The notes beneath the pieces are model-generated. The model was given only the letters and a program-made list of their open reading frames with translations. It was not told the DNA's origin and made no database searches. Shown here piece after piece: positions 34,671-47,470 of a stretch of DNA of 64,000 bases. Where the stretch lies: the NCBI GenBank assembly GCA_964252035.1, contig OZ176203.1; one strand, written 5' to 3'. The stretch comes from Podarcis erhardii (lineage: Eukaryota). Made by a program: the position numbers and the translations under genes. How positions within the stretch are numbered: position 1 is the first letter of the stretch; the number at the start of each line of letters is the position of its first letter.

Positions 34671-35271
34671 TGAGGCACAGTAGAGACTGTGGTGTCCATA
34701 TGATGTATGGTTTATTGGCACATATATACAACCTAATCCTACGATGAAGGGGTTCACAGCATTAACCCCCCCCCCATGGGTCTCATTTCTCCCATAGCAA
34801 CAACCTTGGATTCAAACAGATCAGACATTGCTCTCAAACATTGCTGTGACTCTCTCTTCAGCTTGCTGCTTTATCTCTACATCACATCACTGCTATCTCT
34901 GATCCAAACTCTGGCTTTTTAGGTTGAGGGAGGGGCTCTCACTCATTTGCCGACCCACCCTGAACCCCACCTTAATGGGTCATTGTCCAGACTATCATCT
35001 CACCAGGAGCTAAGCCTGGCTTGTCCAAGAATTAAAATTAGAAGGGATCCTGTATCAAGCAAAGCCAGAGGGATACTCTTCCTTGCAACAGAGGACTGAC
35101 AACACGGTCACCCAAGCTCCTGTGAAGCCTGAAAGGAGGGAGAAACATCGTGTGTGAGGGATGGGGTGGGGTTTCTGACCACCTAATCCTCTCCTGCTCT
35201 TGCCTTTTCCCAAGTTGGCTTCTTTTAGGAGAGCATTTGAAATGCTCTCTTCTGTTCTTCTTTGAACATCA
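34671..35271 (-). mobile_element. Solo LTR-like element; boundaries approximate
   Basis: Minus-strand AATAAA near 34712, TATA-like run upstream of it, TG...CA-like ends (TGATGT at 34701, ACATCA ending 35271). TSD not found. Confidence 0.45.
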
Positions 35272-35408
35272 GTGTTGGATTAGGATTTCAGTCTGCACAC
35301 AAACAGCTTAGTGTGCTGAATACATACAGCTTAGTGTGTGCTCATCTGCCACTGAATTCAGGCATAGGGGTGGAGAAGGTTTATAATTAAAATAAAAATT
35401 AAAAAAAG

Positions 35409-35783
35409 GAGAGATGAACCTGTCAATTTGTTTCTCATTGTTCCCGCCTTCAGTTCAGTTCACCTCATTTCCACATGGCTTTGCATTTCTTTTCTTTCAA
35501 AAGTTCCCACACAAAAGTATAAGCATTTTCATGCACATGTTCCCAAATATCTGCATTTTTTGTATGCAGCTTCTCCTAACATATGCTGTAATGTACTTTT
35601 AAAAAACACACACACTAATATATGTCTTTGGTACACGCTTTTTCAGTGAAATTATTCCTAATAATTAAACAAAGAGCAAATTTCAAAGGATAGTTGTCTG
35701 TCCGTCCCAGTTTGCTTACTGGTTTGGAAAACGCAAACCGGGTAACTTCACATGAAAATGTAAGCTGAACTGACTTCATCCCT
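35409..35783 (-). mobile_element. Old AT-rich non-autonomous DNA transposon (AGGGATG terminus), same family as 33265 and 54572
   Basis: Ends ...CATCCCT with a degenerate GAGATG start; internal motifs are reverse complements of the other copies. Confidence 0.55.
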
Positions 35784-36424
35784 GTGGGCAGTGTAATGGA
35801 TTTAGACCAGTACCCTGGTTCAAACAGTATGAAAAATGCTAGTATTTCAGCATCAAGGAGCCACATAAAAAGTCAGAAGACTAGGATAAAGTCAGGCCAC
35901 ACCTTGGACTTAGAAGGTTATTTAACGTGAAGTGGCAGGTGACAAACTTTCAAGGGAAACATCGCTTTGTGGGTAATAGTTTATTTATTTCTCATACTGC
36001 TTGCTGTAAATTCACCTATTTATGGAAGGCACATTTTTCCTCCTATTGTTCAACTGTCACTCACAGGTGCTGTTCTATTATCGAGTTGGATGTCAAATAG
36101 TCACAGCTCTGTCAATTTGATGGCAGGTTGTTGTGGAACGGCCTGAGTTTCATTTTGTTTTAATTTATCGGGGGAGGGGGGCTTTAGATGGGAAGAGTGA
36201 GCAAACTGGAGTGTGTATGTGTGCCCAGGGATGGAGGGTAAATAAAAGCCATTCATTCACTTCCCTCTCCTTGTCAGAATGGAGCAGACAGGCACTTACT
36301 GCTATTTTGACACCGCCACATGGCCGCCTGAAAGCCTGAAAATATTGTCCCCCATTCCTTTGTGTGTATTTTGTTGTTGAGTGGTAAGGCAGTGAGGAAA
36401 AGAGCACTGAACTCTGCACAAAAG

Positions 36425-36650
36425 CATTTTAAGAAAAGTAGAAGAGCCAATGGCCCATTGAGTCCAGCATCCCATTCTCACAGTGGCCAACCAGATACCT
36501 GTCAGGGAAAATGCATTCTGCCCTCCTGTGATTACCAGCAACTGGTATTCAGAAGCAATTCTGCCTCTGACTGTGGAGGCAGAACGTAGCCATCATGGCA
36601 AGTAGTCATTGATTTCTTCCTTCTGCATGATTTTTTTTCCAATCCTCTTT
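36425..36650 (-). mobile_element. CR1 3' UTR fragment
   Basis: agaagagcc...gagtccagcatcccattctcacagtggccaaccagat...agcaactggtattcagaagca is the reverse complement of the CR1 tails at 7330-8205 and 61036. Confidence 0.75.
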
Positions 36651-37040
36651 ACTTCAGGAACAGAATCTACAATGAACAGCCAATTGCTGGATGCTGTTGC
36701 TTTATCTGTGGAACGTGCTCGTCACTTCTTCTCTTGATCATGGCAAGGGATGGATTTGAGAAAGAGGGGCAAATAGGACCTCTGAGGACCTACCACCAGC
36801 AGAAGTTGGTGGGGTGGCACAAGCAGGGCAGCTTCTGAATGATCATAACACCATTATAAGCAGCCCACATTATGGCTCCTTCCCCACTGAGAAGCCGTGT
36901 GCAACATGACTCTGCCTACACCAGTCTGCCAATTGCTGCCGCCTACTACAGCATATCCGTCGTAAAGCTGTTTAAAAACTGTTTTGTAATGGACTTGTAA
37001 TCTGCCTTTGGGCTTCCTGAAGGCATCTCACTGGGTATTG

Positions 37041-37797
37041 CTGGGAGTACACAGACATGTGGGTCTGATACAAATCCGCTCCCCTTCCCAGGGGGGTGGG
37101 GTTGCAGGCTGGCCACGTGCACTCTCCATGTACAGCAGGGGGGGGGATGCCACCTGCATCACTGGGAATTCCGGCTGCACCACACTCCACAGTCAACCAA
37201 TCCAGTCAACCAGGGGGCGTGGCTTACCTAATTTAAACTGCCACACGGCCTGGAGGCTCTTTCTCCTTATTTCCTCCTGCGTCTGTTCTCCTGCCCTCCT
37301 GCCCTATTTTCATGTGTTCGCCATCTTGTCCTTCCTATGGACTATAGCTGGTCACCTGTTGAGGGGGCCAGGAAGGAATTTTCCCACTTGACAAATTGGC
37401 ACCAGCCGTGTGGTTTTTGCCTGCCTCGTAGCAATCATCACAACTTTGTAAGGTTTGGTGGTTAGGCACTGGTAAACCTGGTTGGTGGGAGGGGAAGTTG
37501 TGGCCTTCACCTGCCCTGCCCTTTTTAAGGGTATTTCGTTAAAGGAATCCGGGGGTGTGGATCCTGTCCGAAACCCGGGTATGGGTTAGGGCCATTCCAC
37601 GACCCCATCGGGAGCCCTGGGGGAGCTCGCAGTTGATGTACATCAACTGGGCTCCCCCTTATGAGACTACCTGCATGGCGGGCAGGAGTCAGATATAGTC
37701 AGTTCAGTTCCAGTGCCTAAGCCAATACCGCTCACATCTGTAACCAATAAAGTTGTGGCCTTACTTATTCCATTAACCCAAAATGTGTTTCATTATC
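37041..37797 (+). mobile_element. Terminal repeat of a retroelement (LTR or DIRS/Ngaro-like), no coding part
   Basis: CCAAT (37197), GGGGGCGTGGC (37213), ATTTAAA (37231) and AATAAA (37746) in promoter-to-polyA order; GC-rich against AT-rich flanks. Family assignment from recall only. Confidence 0.55.
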
Positions 37798-39089
37798 TAG
37801 AAATGAGGTGGGCTCAGGGCTTTGCCATGCAGCACAGTTCCTCTGCAACAACTCATCATTGCAGTTGTTGTTAAGATCTCCACTTTGCTGCTGTTGAAAA
37901 CATGTCTCAAATAATGTTTCATAACCTTGGAAAGGATTTAGGGTTTGCTCACTTTGGGTTCTCCATTTATTCCTCCTCTCTTAAATGGTAATGCTTAAGC
38001 ATACTGCAAAATAAATAAATAAAAAGAGGAGGTTCATCCTGTAATTTGTACTCCATGGTTCCTTTTATGTTTTCACACCTTTTGTGTTATTGTGGACACA
38101 TGCAGTCACCATCCACTTTGCAAGTTACTTGCACCACACCTGGCCCATTTATCATTGTCGCCAAGGTCTGGGACACTCTCCTGACTGGTAGTTGAGAAGT
38201 CCATATTTTCTACAATTTATACCACACAAATGGAACAGGTACCTTCTTGGAGATTTTAGCACTGAGATTCAATCACTATTTTCAGCCTTTAAGGCCAATT
38301 TCAGACGTCATTAGTTCTTCCATTTCTCCACCCAGTATAAATTGGCATTTCTATGCATTGTCTGTTTGGTAAGTATATAACAAATTGTTTAATGCTAAGA
38401 TACAATTTTTTTAATTAAAAAACCCTCAAATACCACTACACCTTTGTTACCATAACAAAACATAATTTTAAACACATTTCTTATTGGTTCCACAGCAGGT
38501 GGTAGAAACTTAAACTTGGCAAGACCATAATCCCAGTTGGCAGATGTGTGTTTTGTGACCCAGTGAAAATCTGTCTTGATTTGGCTGAGCTGTAATGATT
38601 TCAAAAACTTACTTCATAGGCACACATGGATAGTTTCTGTTACTTTTTAGTTTAATTTTATAGTTACATGACAAAACAAACAAGACTGCCAGTGTCGTGT
38701 TGGTATAGATCAGGCAGGCACATTTTGACTGCAAAATTCCCCTAGGGACATTTGTTCAGCTTTCAGTTGGAGCTCTGCATAGGTGGCCTTTGGTTTAGGA
38801 GACTGAGATGCATAAGCAAGCTGTTCTGCTAAATGGTCTGCTATGAGAAGCTTCCTATTTTTACACATTTTTTGTCTTGGTTTGCACTGCTCCTGGCGAG
38901 GACCAAACTGGAATACAATTTGAATACAATTACCAGTTTCAGTGTTCCACTCTATTTTAAACTCAGGGAGTTTATGATAAAACTGCTGGCCACTTGCATT
39001 CATTCATTCATTATAGGAAAAGCCCACAACATTAGAACATTAAAGGTAAAACCACCATAACTAGTAAAAAGAAAAGCCAACATGTATTT

Positions 39090-39478
39090 GGGATGCAGGT
39101 GGCACTGTGGTCTAAACTACTGAGCCTCTTGGGCCTGCCGATTGGAAGGTTGGCAGTTCAAATCCTCATGATGGGGTGAGCACCCATTGTCTTGTCCCAG
39201 CTCTTGCCAACCTAGCAGAAAGCACGCCAGTGCAAGTACATAAATAGGTACCACTGCAGCAGGAAGGTAAACGGCGTTTCCGTGCACTCTGGTTTCTGTC
39301 ATGGTGTTCCACTGCACCAGAAGTGGTTTAGTCATGCTGGCCACATGACCCAGAAAGCCATCTGTGAATAAACGCAGGTTCCCTCGGCCTGAAAGCAAGA
39401 TGAGTGCTGCAACCCCATAGTCACTTTTGACTGAACTTTACTGTCCAGGAGACCTTGACCTTGACCTTTACCTTTACC
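39090..39478 (+). mobile_element. Sauria SINE (older, diverged copy)
   Basis: tRNA-like head gggatgcaggtggcactgtgg, conserved gtgcaagta-ataaataggtacc body, (ACCTTT)n tail. Confidence 0.9.
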
Positions 39479-41944
39479 TGTCCCAAGACTCTCAGACAAC
39501 TTACAAGATGTAAAGGATTCCATGTCCATGTACACTCTTGGACTCTTGAGTGGTTCCATCCTTGGGTGCATTATGTCTTTGTCCTGTTTAATTATTGTCA
39601 ACAAATGTGTAAGCTTAGATTGCAATGATACTTCAGACCACAGCTTTTCTTTGAGTGTTACCTTTCTTTCAGCTAATGTTACTTAAGGTTTGTTGCAAAG
39701 AAGGGAAATAAAACTTGTAGCCTTCCAGATGTTGTTGGAAAACAGTTCCCACCAGTCCCAGGCCAGTGTTACCAAGAGATCATGGGAGTTGTAGTCCAAC
39801 ATTTGGAGAGCCAGGTTCCCCTTGTACGTTTTAAGGAACAACAAAAAATCTGTTGGCTATTTCACGTCTGTATTCTATGTTAACTTCTGTTCCCAACTGA
39901 AGCATGGTTAATCTAAACAAACATAATGGTTTAAAAATATTTTTTTTTCTGATGCAAAATACTGGAAACTTGGGTGTACATTCTCTCACAAAGAGCAAAA
40001 CTACATCAGCCATACCATTAAGGGCTCAGTCACCTGCCTATCTTACAGGGTGATAATATTGTCACCATCTGCCAGTAATATTATTTTGCCTTTTACAAAC
40101 CATCTCAATGAAAGAGACTGCATGGGTACAAATCAGGCACTGAAATTATAATGTGCAGAAACCTGGGGGGGGGGGGACAGGGTGGCCTTCAGTTCCTGAT
40201 AAGTCTTCAGAAGACCTTCAGAATTTAGTCCCAACTAAATTCTGGGTTTGACCACCAAGTTCACTACAGAAAAGGATCAACCATCTTTAGCCATATTCAT
40301 CTTTGTATACTGAGTCGCTCAGTACTGGTGGCTACTAGCTGGGAGCAGATCATGCCCTCTCTGATTAGACGCTGTGTCAATTTGATTGTATGTTTCATTA
40401 GTTTCTGCTCTGCATAATACTGTGTCACTCCTTCTGTCTTTTGCATTGCTTGGCCTTTTAAACTACATTTGTCAACAACTAAAGTTTGTTTTTCTTCTCT
40501 GCACTCTCAGGGTATTATGCCTACCCACTTTGGGGATCACTTCTGACATAATGGGCTGTTGCCCACAAAAGCTTTTAGCACATTGATGCTTAATAAAGTA
40601 ATGGCTTCTTATCTGATTTGGACCTTTCTTTAATGTTCATATTTTCGCCCATCACTAGATCTTTAGTTTTCACTCTAATATTTCACGGCAGTGAACTTCA
40701 GACCAAATATTTATTTTTTCCTCAGTTTCTAGCACAAGCTGTTTTCGGGGAAACTTAAGAGTTTCTTTAAAATTTATCTACACAAGGGTTTTTTTTTTAT
40801 TGATGTTGTGAACAAGGATATTGAATTTTTTTTCTTGTCTTTTACTTCCAAGAGTTTATTAAAGCTGCATAGATGTAAAATGTCAAGTTAATGCATCCCC
40901 GTTAATGCCAGTGATTTACTCCCCCCGTCCCCACTTCACTCGGTACAGATGAGGAAAATACACTAGATTGCTCCCTTTCACTTTTTCTGTTCTTTCTAAG
41001 TCTGCAATGGGTTGCTAAAACTACAGGGAGTGTTTAATAAATCAAAGTGGTTTTTCATTTGATTCCCTTTTTCAGTTACATGGAAATGTACCTCTTGATC
41101 TTAAAGTATAATAAACTCTGAAGTTCTTTTTTAAAAATAAAAATAACTAAATGCAAATTTGGAGACTAAATCCATCTACAAGTGACCCTTTAATGGAGGG
41201 TACAACACACATTATGGATGGGATATTTGGCTATTTGCCATGTGTACAGCTGTGGCAGAAGCCTAATCCTCCGTCCGTGCTATATTCTCCTTCACAATGT
41301 TTTCCAGAGCTGTCAAATATCACTAAATAAATAAACCCCATGTCATTCCTATGCTGTATGCTCCACTGAGTAATGCTTACTGATTGCCAAAAACATGGGA
41401 TCCAGAGAGAAGGGAAGGCAGATGTTAGGCTTCCTCTTATTGTGTTAATAAATTGAAGGAGCAGTTGCATGCCAGGTCTTGTCTGCTGCTTTGTGGGAGC
41501 AGGGGGTTCTGCTTCTTGGGCACTGCAGATGGCAAGCTGGTGTCTGGAAATAATTCTGCATTTCCACAGACTCTGCATGTAGTGACCTGCTGGATGAAGT
41601 TAGAATACTCTCCTAGGTGAAAAACTGGCTTCATTCTGATGAGAGATTCCATCACACATAATGCCCAGGGAAAAACTGTAGCCCAGTGGTGGAACAAATC
41701 CATTTCTTTACGTTATTAAATACTTGAGTCCCGTGTCTCTCTTTGAAATTAGCATACAAAAGGAGGCAATGAAAAGGCTGTCAAATATGCAGAGAGCAAA
41801 ACAAAACCACAACTCCAAGCAACCAAATGCAAAAAAAAGTAACAAAAAGAGCAGAAAGAGAAAATGGGAAGAGACCGAGCAGAAACTAGGAATGTTTTGA
41901 GTATTCAGTCATGAATACACCCAAGGGTTGAATTGAGGTGAACA

Positions 41945-42142
41945 AAGCCAACCCACCTATGAGGCAAGGTGAGGTGACTGCCTCAAGCAGCAGGATCCAC
42001 AGGGACAACAGATCCCGATGCAGATTTCTATTCCCCCCTTGTTCCTGATGCACATTTTCACTCACCCCTTCTTCCCTGGCAGGGAAGAAGGCCTCATTTT
42101 GTGGTTTGCCTCAGGTGCCAAAATGTATTGGGCTCACCTTGG
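41945..42142. mobile_element. Degraded hAT-like MITE
   Basis: tgaggcaaggtgaggtgactgcctca...ttgcctcaggtgccaaaatgtattgggctcaccttg pattern; TSD not found. Confidence 0.35.
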
Positions 42143-42892
42143 AGGTGAATGTAGCCCTTTGTACCATGTACGTTCAAGCTGTCTCTGGTGCCCTATCCCA
42201 AGCTCCCCCATTCCCAGAAGCTTATCTATGGTCAGCGGGAAAACAGATGCATCTGCTCTAGAACAATGATGCACATGCCATTTCTGCTGAGAAGACGCCC
42301 TTATTTATTTTTAGTGCCACTGGAGAGTCCCAGCTTTGCCTTCTCCCTGCCCATTAAATGCACCAGAGGGCTTTGTGCAGCTTTATTCCAAACAGATGCA
42401 AAGCACCCTCATAGCAGTAGCCTTCCATCCCAGCCCAGCATCAGAAGACCAGGAGCAAAGTTTTCCCCACCCTCTGGAATAGCTACCTATTGAAGGTGTG
42501 TTGTGAGGGCTGCAGGAAGCAGGAAGGAGGTGAAAGTTCTGTTCCATAAGTGGAAGTCTGCTGGAATAGACCACTAGTGTTTGGTATAAACCACACTTTT
42601 TCGATATTTCCTTGCCTGCTGAGAACATTCTTTTGACAAGCATTTTTAGAGAATTTCTTGGAAGCAGCGTTCGTCATTTGTTCCATTTCATGAGTTTTTA
42701 TAATGTTACAATGTTTTGATGATTTTAGTGTATCCTGCCATTATTATTTAATTGTCTGGTGATATTCTTATATGTAAAATAAATAAAATAAAAATAAATA
42801 ACCAAAATGATCTGAATGCGACAGAAAGTAACACTGAATAGGGACAGGGCAGATGGCCGGATAGATGCATGCAGTGCAAGCAATGCAAACTG

Positions 42893-43224
42893 CATACCCT
42901 CCAACATTTCTCCGATGAAAATAGGGACGTCCCATTCCATAATGATAATTTTATGATTATATCTTACTGGGTTGCCAGTATAAATACCTGTAAATAAAAC
43001 ATAATAAAACATTAAACTTTTTTTTTAAAAAATAAATAAATCACTATATAGGATTGCCTTCAGATGGCTCAGGGGTCAGATAATTTCATACCCTCCAAAC
43101 ATTTCTCCAATGAAAATAGGAACATCCTAAGGAAAAGCGGGACATTCCAGGATCAAATCAGAAACTGGGACATCTTCTCTAAATCAGGGACATCCCTGGA
43201 AAACAGGGGCACTTGGAGGGTCTG
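42893..43224 (+). mobile_element. Composite MITE with CATACCCTCC TIRs, duplicated left end and 6-bp TSD
   Basis: CATACCCTCCAACATTTCTCC at 42893 and a near-identical copy at 43087; right TIR GGAGGGTCTG ends 43224; AAACTG on both flanks. Confidence 0.75.
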
Positions 43225-44400
43225 AAACTGGTTTGGGAGAGGGTTAAGCTTGGTGCCTCAGAGGAATTAGGATTTATTTGGTTACTGTTTTGACTGAGCA
43301 AAGACAGCAGTAAAAGGAGTTGGTGGTGATTATTCATTCCCTGCATCAATAGACCCAATAATCATAATGCAGCATTTCTGAAGATGTAGCCAAAGTTTCC
43401 AGGCTCTGAAAACTTAACAAGGAAAAGCCAAGAAAGGACTTGAGGTGGGGTGGGGTGCTTATGCGCCCTTATGAAAGGACCATGATATGGATGTGGGCCT
43501 ACAAGAGACAGGAGGCACATGGTTGGCAATGGAAAATATGCTCTATGAGAGCGAAGGCAGCTTTCTGTCCCATAGTCAACAACAGGAGCATCTAGCATGC
43601 AGAAGGAAATGAGCAAATATGAAAGTGGGAGCAGGGACACTGCATCAAGCACTCACAGATATATCTGCATTGTTCCTCCAGCTCCTTGAGGTTGCAGCTC
43701 CTCGTTTTGCTTGTGCAACACTACAGGATACTGCACTGGTCCAGCTTCAGAGATCACACACTCATTGTCAGGTTCCTCTCTGGTATGCACAGGTACATTC
43801 CCAGAGTAAGGAGTTGGCTGCATCCCTCTCAGAATCTTTCACTGCTCCCTAGGAGTAGCAAATGGTGTGATGGGGCTGCACCACACACCTGACCTCCCTC
43901 TGGTTGAATCACTGCTGCTAACTGGGACAGCAAGGGTAGGTGGCAGCAAGGTCAGCATGGTGCAAACATCCTAGCAGGAGCATCCGTTTGTCTCTTCTAA
44001 TGATTTTGCTGTACGTTATCCTGGCTGCTGCTTCGCCCCTCCCCTTCATCCTCCTTTGCAGCAGTGACTCTGCTGCAGAGAGGTCAGGTGAACAGTGCAG
44101 CCCCACTGATATGCAGCTTCTTGCATATGTTGTCTGGGGAATCAGCAATGCCCTGCTGTCAAATGGATTCCCTAGTGCAGAACTGCACCATCCACTGTCA
44201 CTTGGATTACTGTAATGTGCATGGTAGGGTTCTTGGCTTGAATTGCAAGCAGGAGCAGAAGGGCAAAAATGGAAGAGAGCTGAAGTTCAAGCTCTTGTTT
44301 TTTTGCACTCACTGGCTAGCTTTCTGGTAGAGAAGTTATTTGCAGCTAATTGGACTTTATTCCATCTGCTTACACCACATGCTTGCCAGCACTGAATTAA

Positions 44401-44404
<4 letters not shown>

Positions 44405-44443
<39 letters not shown>
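44405..44443. repeat. (GA)n microsatellite
   Basis: Direct reading. Confidence 0.95.
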
Positions 44444-44446
<3 letters not shown>

Positions 44447-45367
44447 GACTATTTAAGAGCACTGCCAGAGATTTGGATTTAGGGTTGTAGGGGTGAATGT
44501 AGAAGTTCAAAACTTCTTCAGGACAACAGAATACACATTTAAGATGGATGTTCAGTGAGGGCAAAGCCGTTTCAGCTGGGACATGTGGCTCCTGCATGGG
44601 TTGGCAAAAGGAGGAAGAACCACATTGAGCCTTATCAGACTGTGGGAATCCAGTTTCCATAACAACGTGCTTTCAGCTTCTTCCTCATGTTCTGATGTTA
44701 TCTTTTCATGTCACTTTTCAAACTTTCTGTGCTTTAACAACAGAATTCAATTGATGGCTGCAGGAGTCTTGATGTATGTTTGGGTTGCTTTTATTTTGCA
44801 AAGAGATGAATGATTGGTTTTCCTCTTTAGATAATTCTGAGAGGAGCTGCAATCTTCAATATCTAGATCTGTTATTTTTCCAGTTGTTTTTCTAAGCGCT
44901 TCAAGTACCTTTAAAAGAACAATTGCACAAACCCAGTTGTGAGGGGTGGAATAACACCCAGATTCCACTTTCAGTTCTCATGCCACACCTTAGGCAGGTT
45001 TTCATTCAACCCAATACAGTTTGCCAAGGGGTATGCCTGCCAGATTTAGTATATAGTGTATTCCACTTAAAAGAAGACCCCATGGAAACATCACAAAACA
45101 CTTTAATGCACTTTAGCACTGATCAATTAAATGTAATGCAATGCAATGTACAGCTGGGGGGGGGGGTATCTTGAGGCTTTCTGTTCTAAAGGATCTTCCA
45201 ATTGTGATGCTTTTATAATTCCAGGAGAAACAAAAGGAGTGGGAGAATTACAGTGAGTGTTCTTGTTAAATAAGTACCAGCCCCAAAGTCCATTACACAT
45301 GATGGAGGACAAAGGTATCAATAGTTAGTATTCACGTGCACTACCTCCAATGTCAGAGGCAATATGC

Positions 45368-45545
45368 CTCTGAATATCAGTAGCTAGGGATTAGAAGTGG
45401 GGAAAGCACATTTGCTCTCAGGTCCTGTTTTTGCATTTCCCATAGGCTTCTTGCTAGCCCAGATTCCATAGGCATCATGCGAGAACCAAATGCTGAAGTT
45501 GAGAGGCCTTTGGTCTGATCTAACAGAGTTTTACTTATGTTCTTA
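45368..45545 (+). mobile_element. CR1 3' UTR fragment
   Basis: ctctgaatatcagtagctaggga...gagaaccaaatgctga...gcctttggtctgatc...ttacttatgttctt is homologous to 7330-8205. Confidence 0.65.
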
Positions 45546-45663
45546 GATGGGACATTGATTGCAAAAAATCTCAAAGATATGGAGGCCACCAGAACAAGAA
45601 AAGGGAAGATTAAAAATAGTGGGTTGTAGAAAATATAGGATTAATGGGGTGTTAGGGGAGGAG

Positions 45664-46023
45664 TGGGTGGCGCTGTGGTCTAAACCACTGAGCCTAGGGC
45701 TTGCCGATCAGAAGGTTGGTGGTTTGAATCCCCACAACAGGGTGAGCTCCCATTGTTCAGTCCCAGCTCCTGCCCACCTAGCAGTTCGAAAGCACCTCAA
45801 AGTGCAAGTAGATAAATAGGTACCACTCCGGCGGCAAGGTAAATGGCGTTTTCGTGAGCTGCTCTGGTTCACCAGAAGTGGCTTAGTCATGCTGGCCACA
45901 TGACCTGGAAGCTGTCTGTGGACAAACGCTGGCTCTGGCTCCCTAGGCCTATAGAGCAAGATGAGCACCGCAACCCCAGAGTCATCCGTGACTGGACCTA
46001 ACAGTCAGGGGTACCCTTACCTT
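45664..46023 (+). mobile_element. Sauria SINE with 12-bp TSD
   Basis: Head gggtggcgctgtggtctaaacc, conserved body, tail. TTAGGGGAGGAG at 45652-45663 and 46024-46035. Confidence 0.92.
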
Positions 46024-47470
46024 TTAGGGGAGGAGGAGTACCTCTGGCGGGGGACATGCCATTCTCCTTCTGGTGTAGTTTGTCCACCTTTGACCCCCAC
46101 CTTGAATTCATCTCTCACCATAGCAGCAGCATGTTTTAAAATAATGGTCCAAGGTAATCTGAAATGAAAATATGTCGGGGATGGATACTTGAACCACTAT
46201 AGAAGTAGCCTGGCTGCTCACAGCATTGCCATGTGCCAAACATAGTCTCAAGTAATTATGGCAGTGTCCCCAGTTTTAAGTTCAGTGCTGGGCCTCTAAT
46301 TTTGATTTCTTCTTTTCCCAGTCATCTCAATTCTCCTCTTCTTCTCCTGTTCCTGTTTGGCATCGCTTCTCACTCTTGCAAGGGCTGAATAGGAAAGCGA
46401 GAGGAAATGCAAGAAACTTGCACGAAGCTGCCACTGAAATAATACATTTAACTCTGGAATAAATGATACCTGTGGGTAATAGGTTTGAAATTGCTGTGTT
46501 CCTTAGTAACATGATGTAATTACAACTTGCACAGGTTTGGTAGGGCAATGGTGCAATTACCGCCCTTATTTCTAACTTTCAATGAAAGCCCATAACACAG
46601 TGTTACTCATGATTTTGTAGCACGGGAATAGGGAACGTATTGGAGAGAGATAACAGTAGCGCTCAGCACATGTGTCTTTGTAATCTTTCCATGCCAAATT
46701 CTTCTTTTCCCTCCCGCTTCCTTCGTGACTGGGCAATCTGAAAATGCACAATGCAGTGTGATTAAATCCCAGGGAAGCACAATGCTTTAGCATCTCAGTA
46801 AGGCTACTGTAGGGTTTCTTGGTAACTACCAGGGAATGAGTGATGAGTGATAGGGCTATATTATACCAGCAGGCAGGTTATCATGTGTTACTGTACAGTT
46901 CCCCGGTAATTAAAGTCTATTGAATGATATTGCCTCTCTACAACCGTAAGGAGGGTCTCTTTGTGTTGCTGCATGGTAACATAGTAATTACTGAGCAATG
47001 TGTGATGAATGGTGTTTTAGCAGGCTGCTTACTATTTTTCACAGCTTAATTTGTTCCATAATACCAAAGGACACTGTTCTGAATGTTGCTACAGGATTCT
47101 GCATGTGTTCCATGTCCATCTGTTTGTGTATTTTTGCACAGCCATCATAGGGAATTGTTGTTTTGGGGTCAGCATGGCTGGAGTTGGTTGGTTTGATTGA
47201 CTAATTTGAGAAGACTGTGTTGGCCCATTTTCTTGGTTTGGCATGGGGCAATACAGCTCTGCTGATTTCTGTTTAACTGGCTTAGTCTATAACCCAGGAT
47301 GTCAGTACATAGGGATAAAGAATACTGCTTCATACCATATCAGACTATTGCGACATAAGCAGAAGTAAAGCAAGGCACATAGAGCATGAATGGGCAAGAA
47401 TGTTAAACCATTGACAAATACATAGTTTTGATAACGACAAATGTCTATATGAGGCAGCTAGGGTGGGATG

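Noticed and set aside
38710-39003. 97-aa minus-strand ORF with a helical-looking C-terminal half
   Set aside because: No polypyrimidine acceptor and no homolog recognised.
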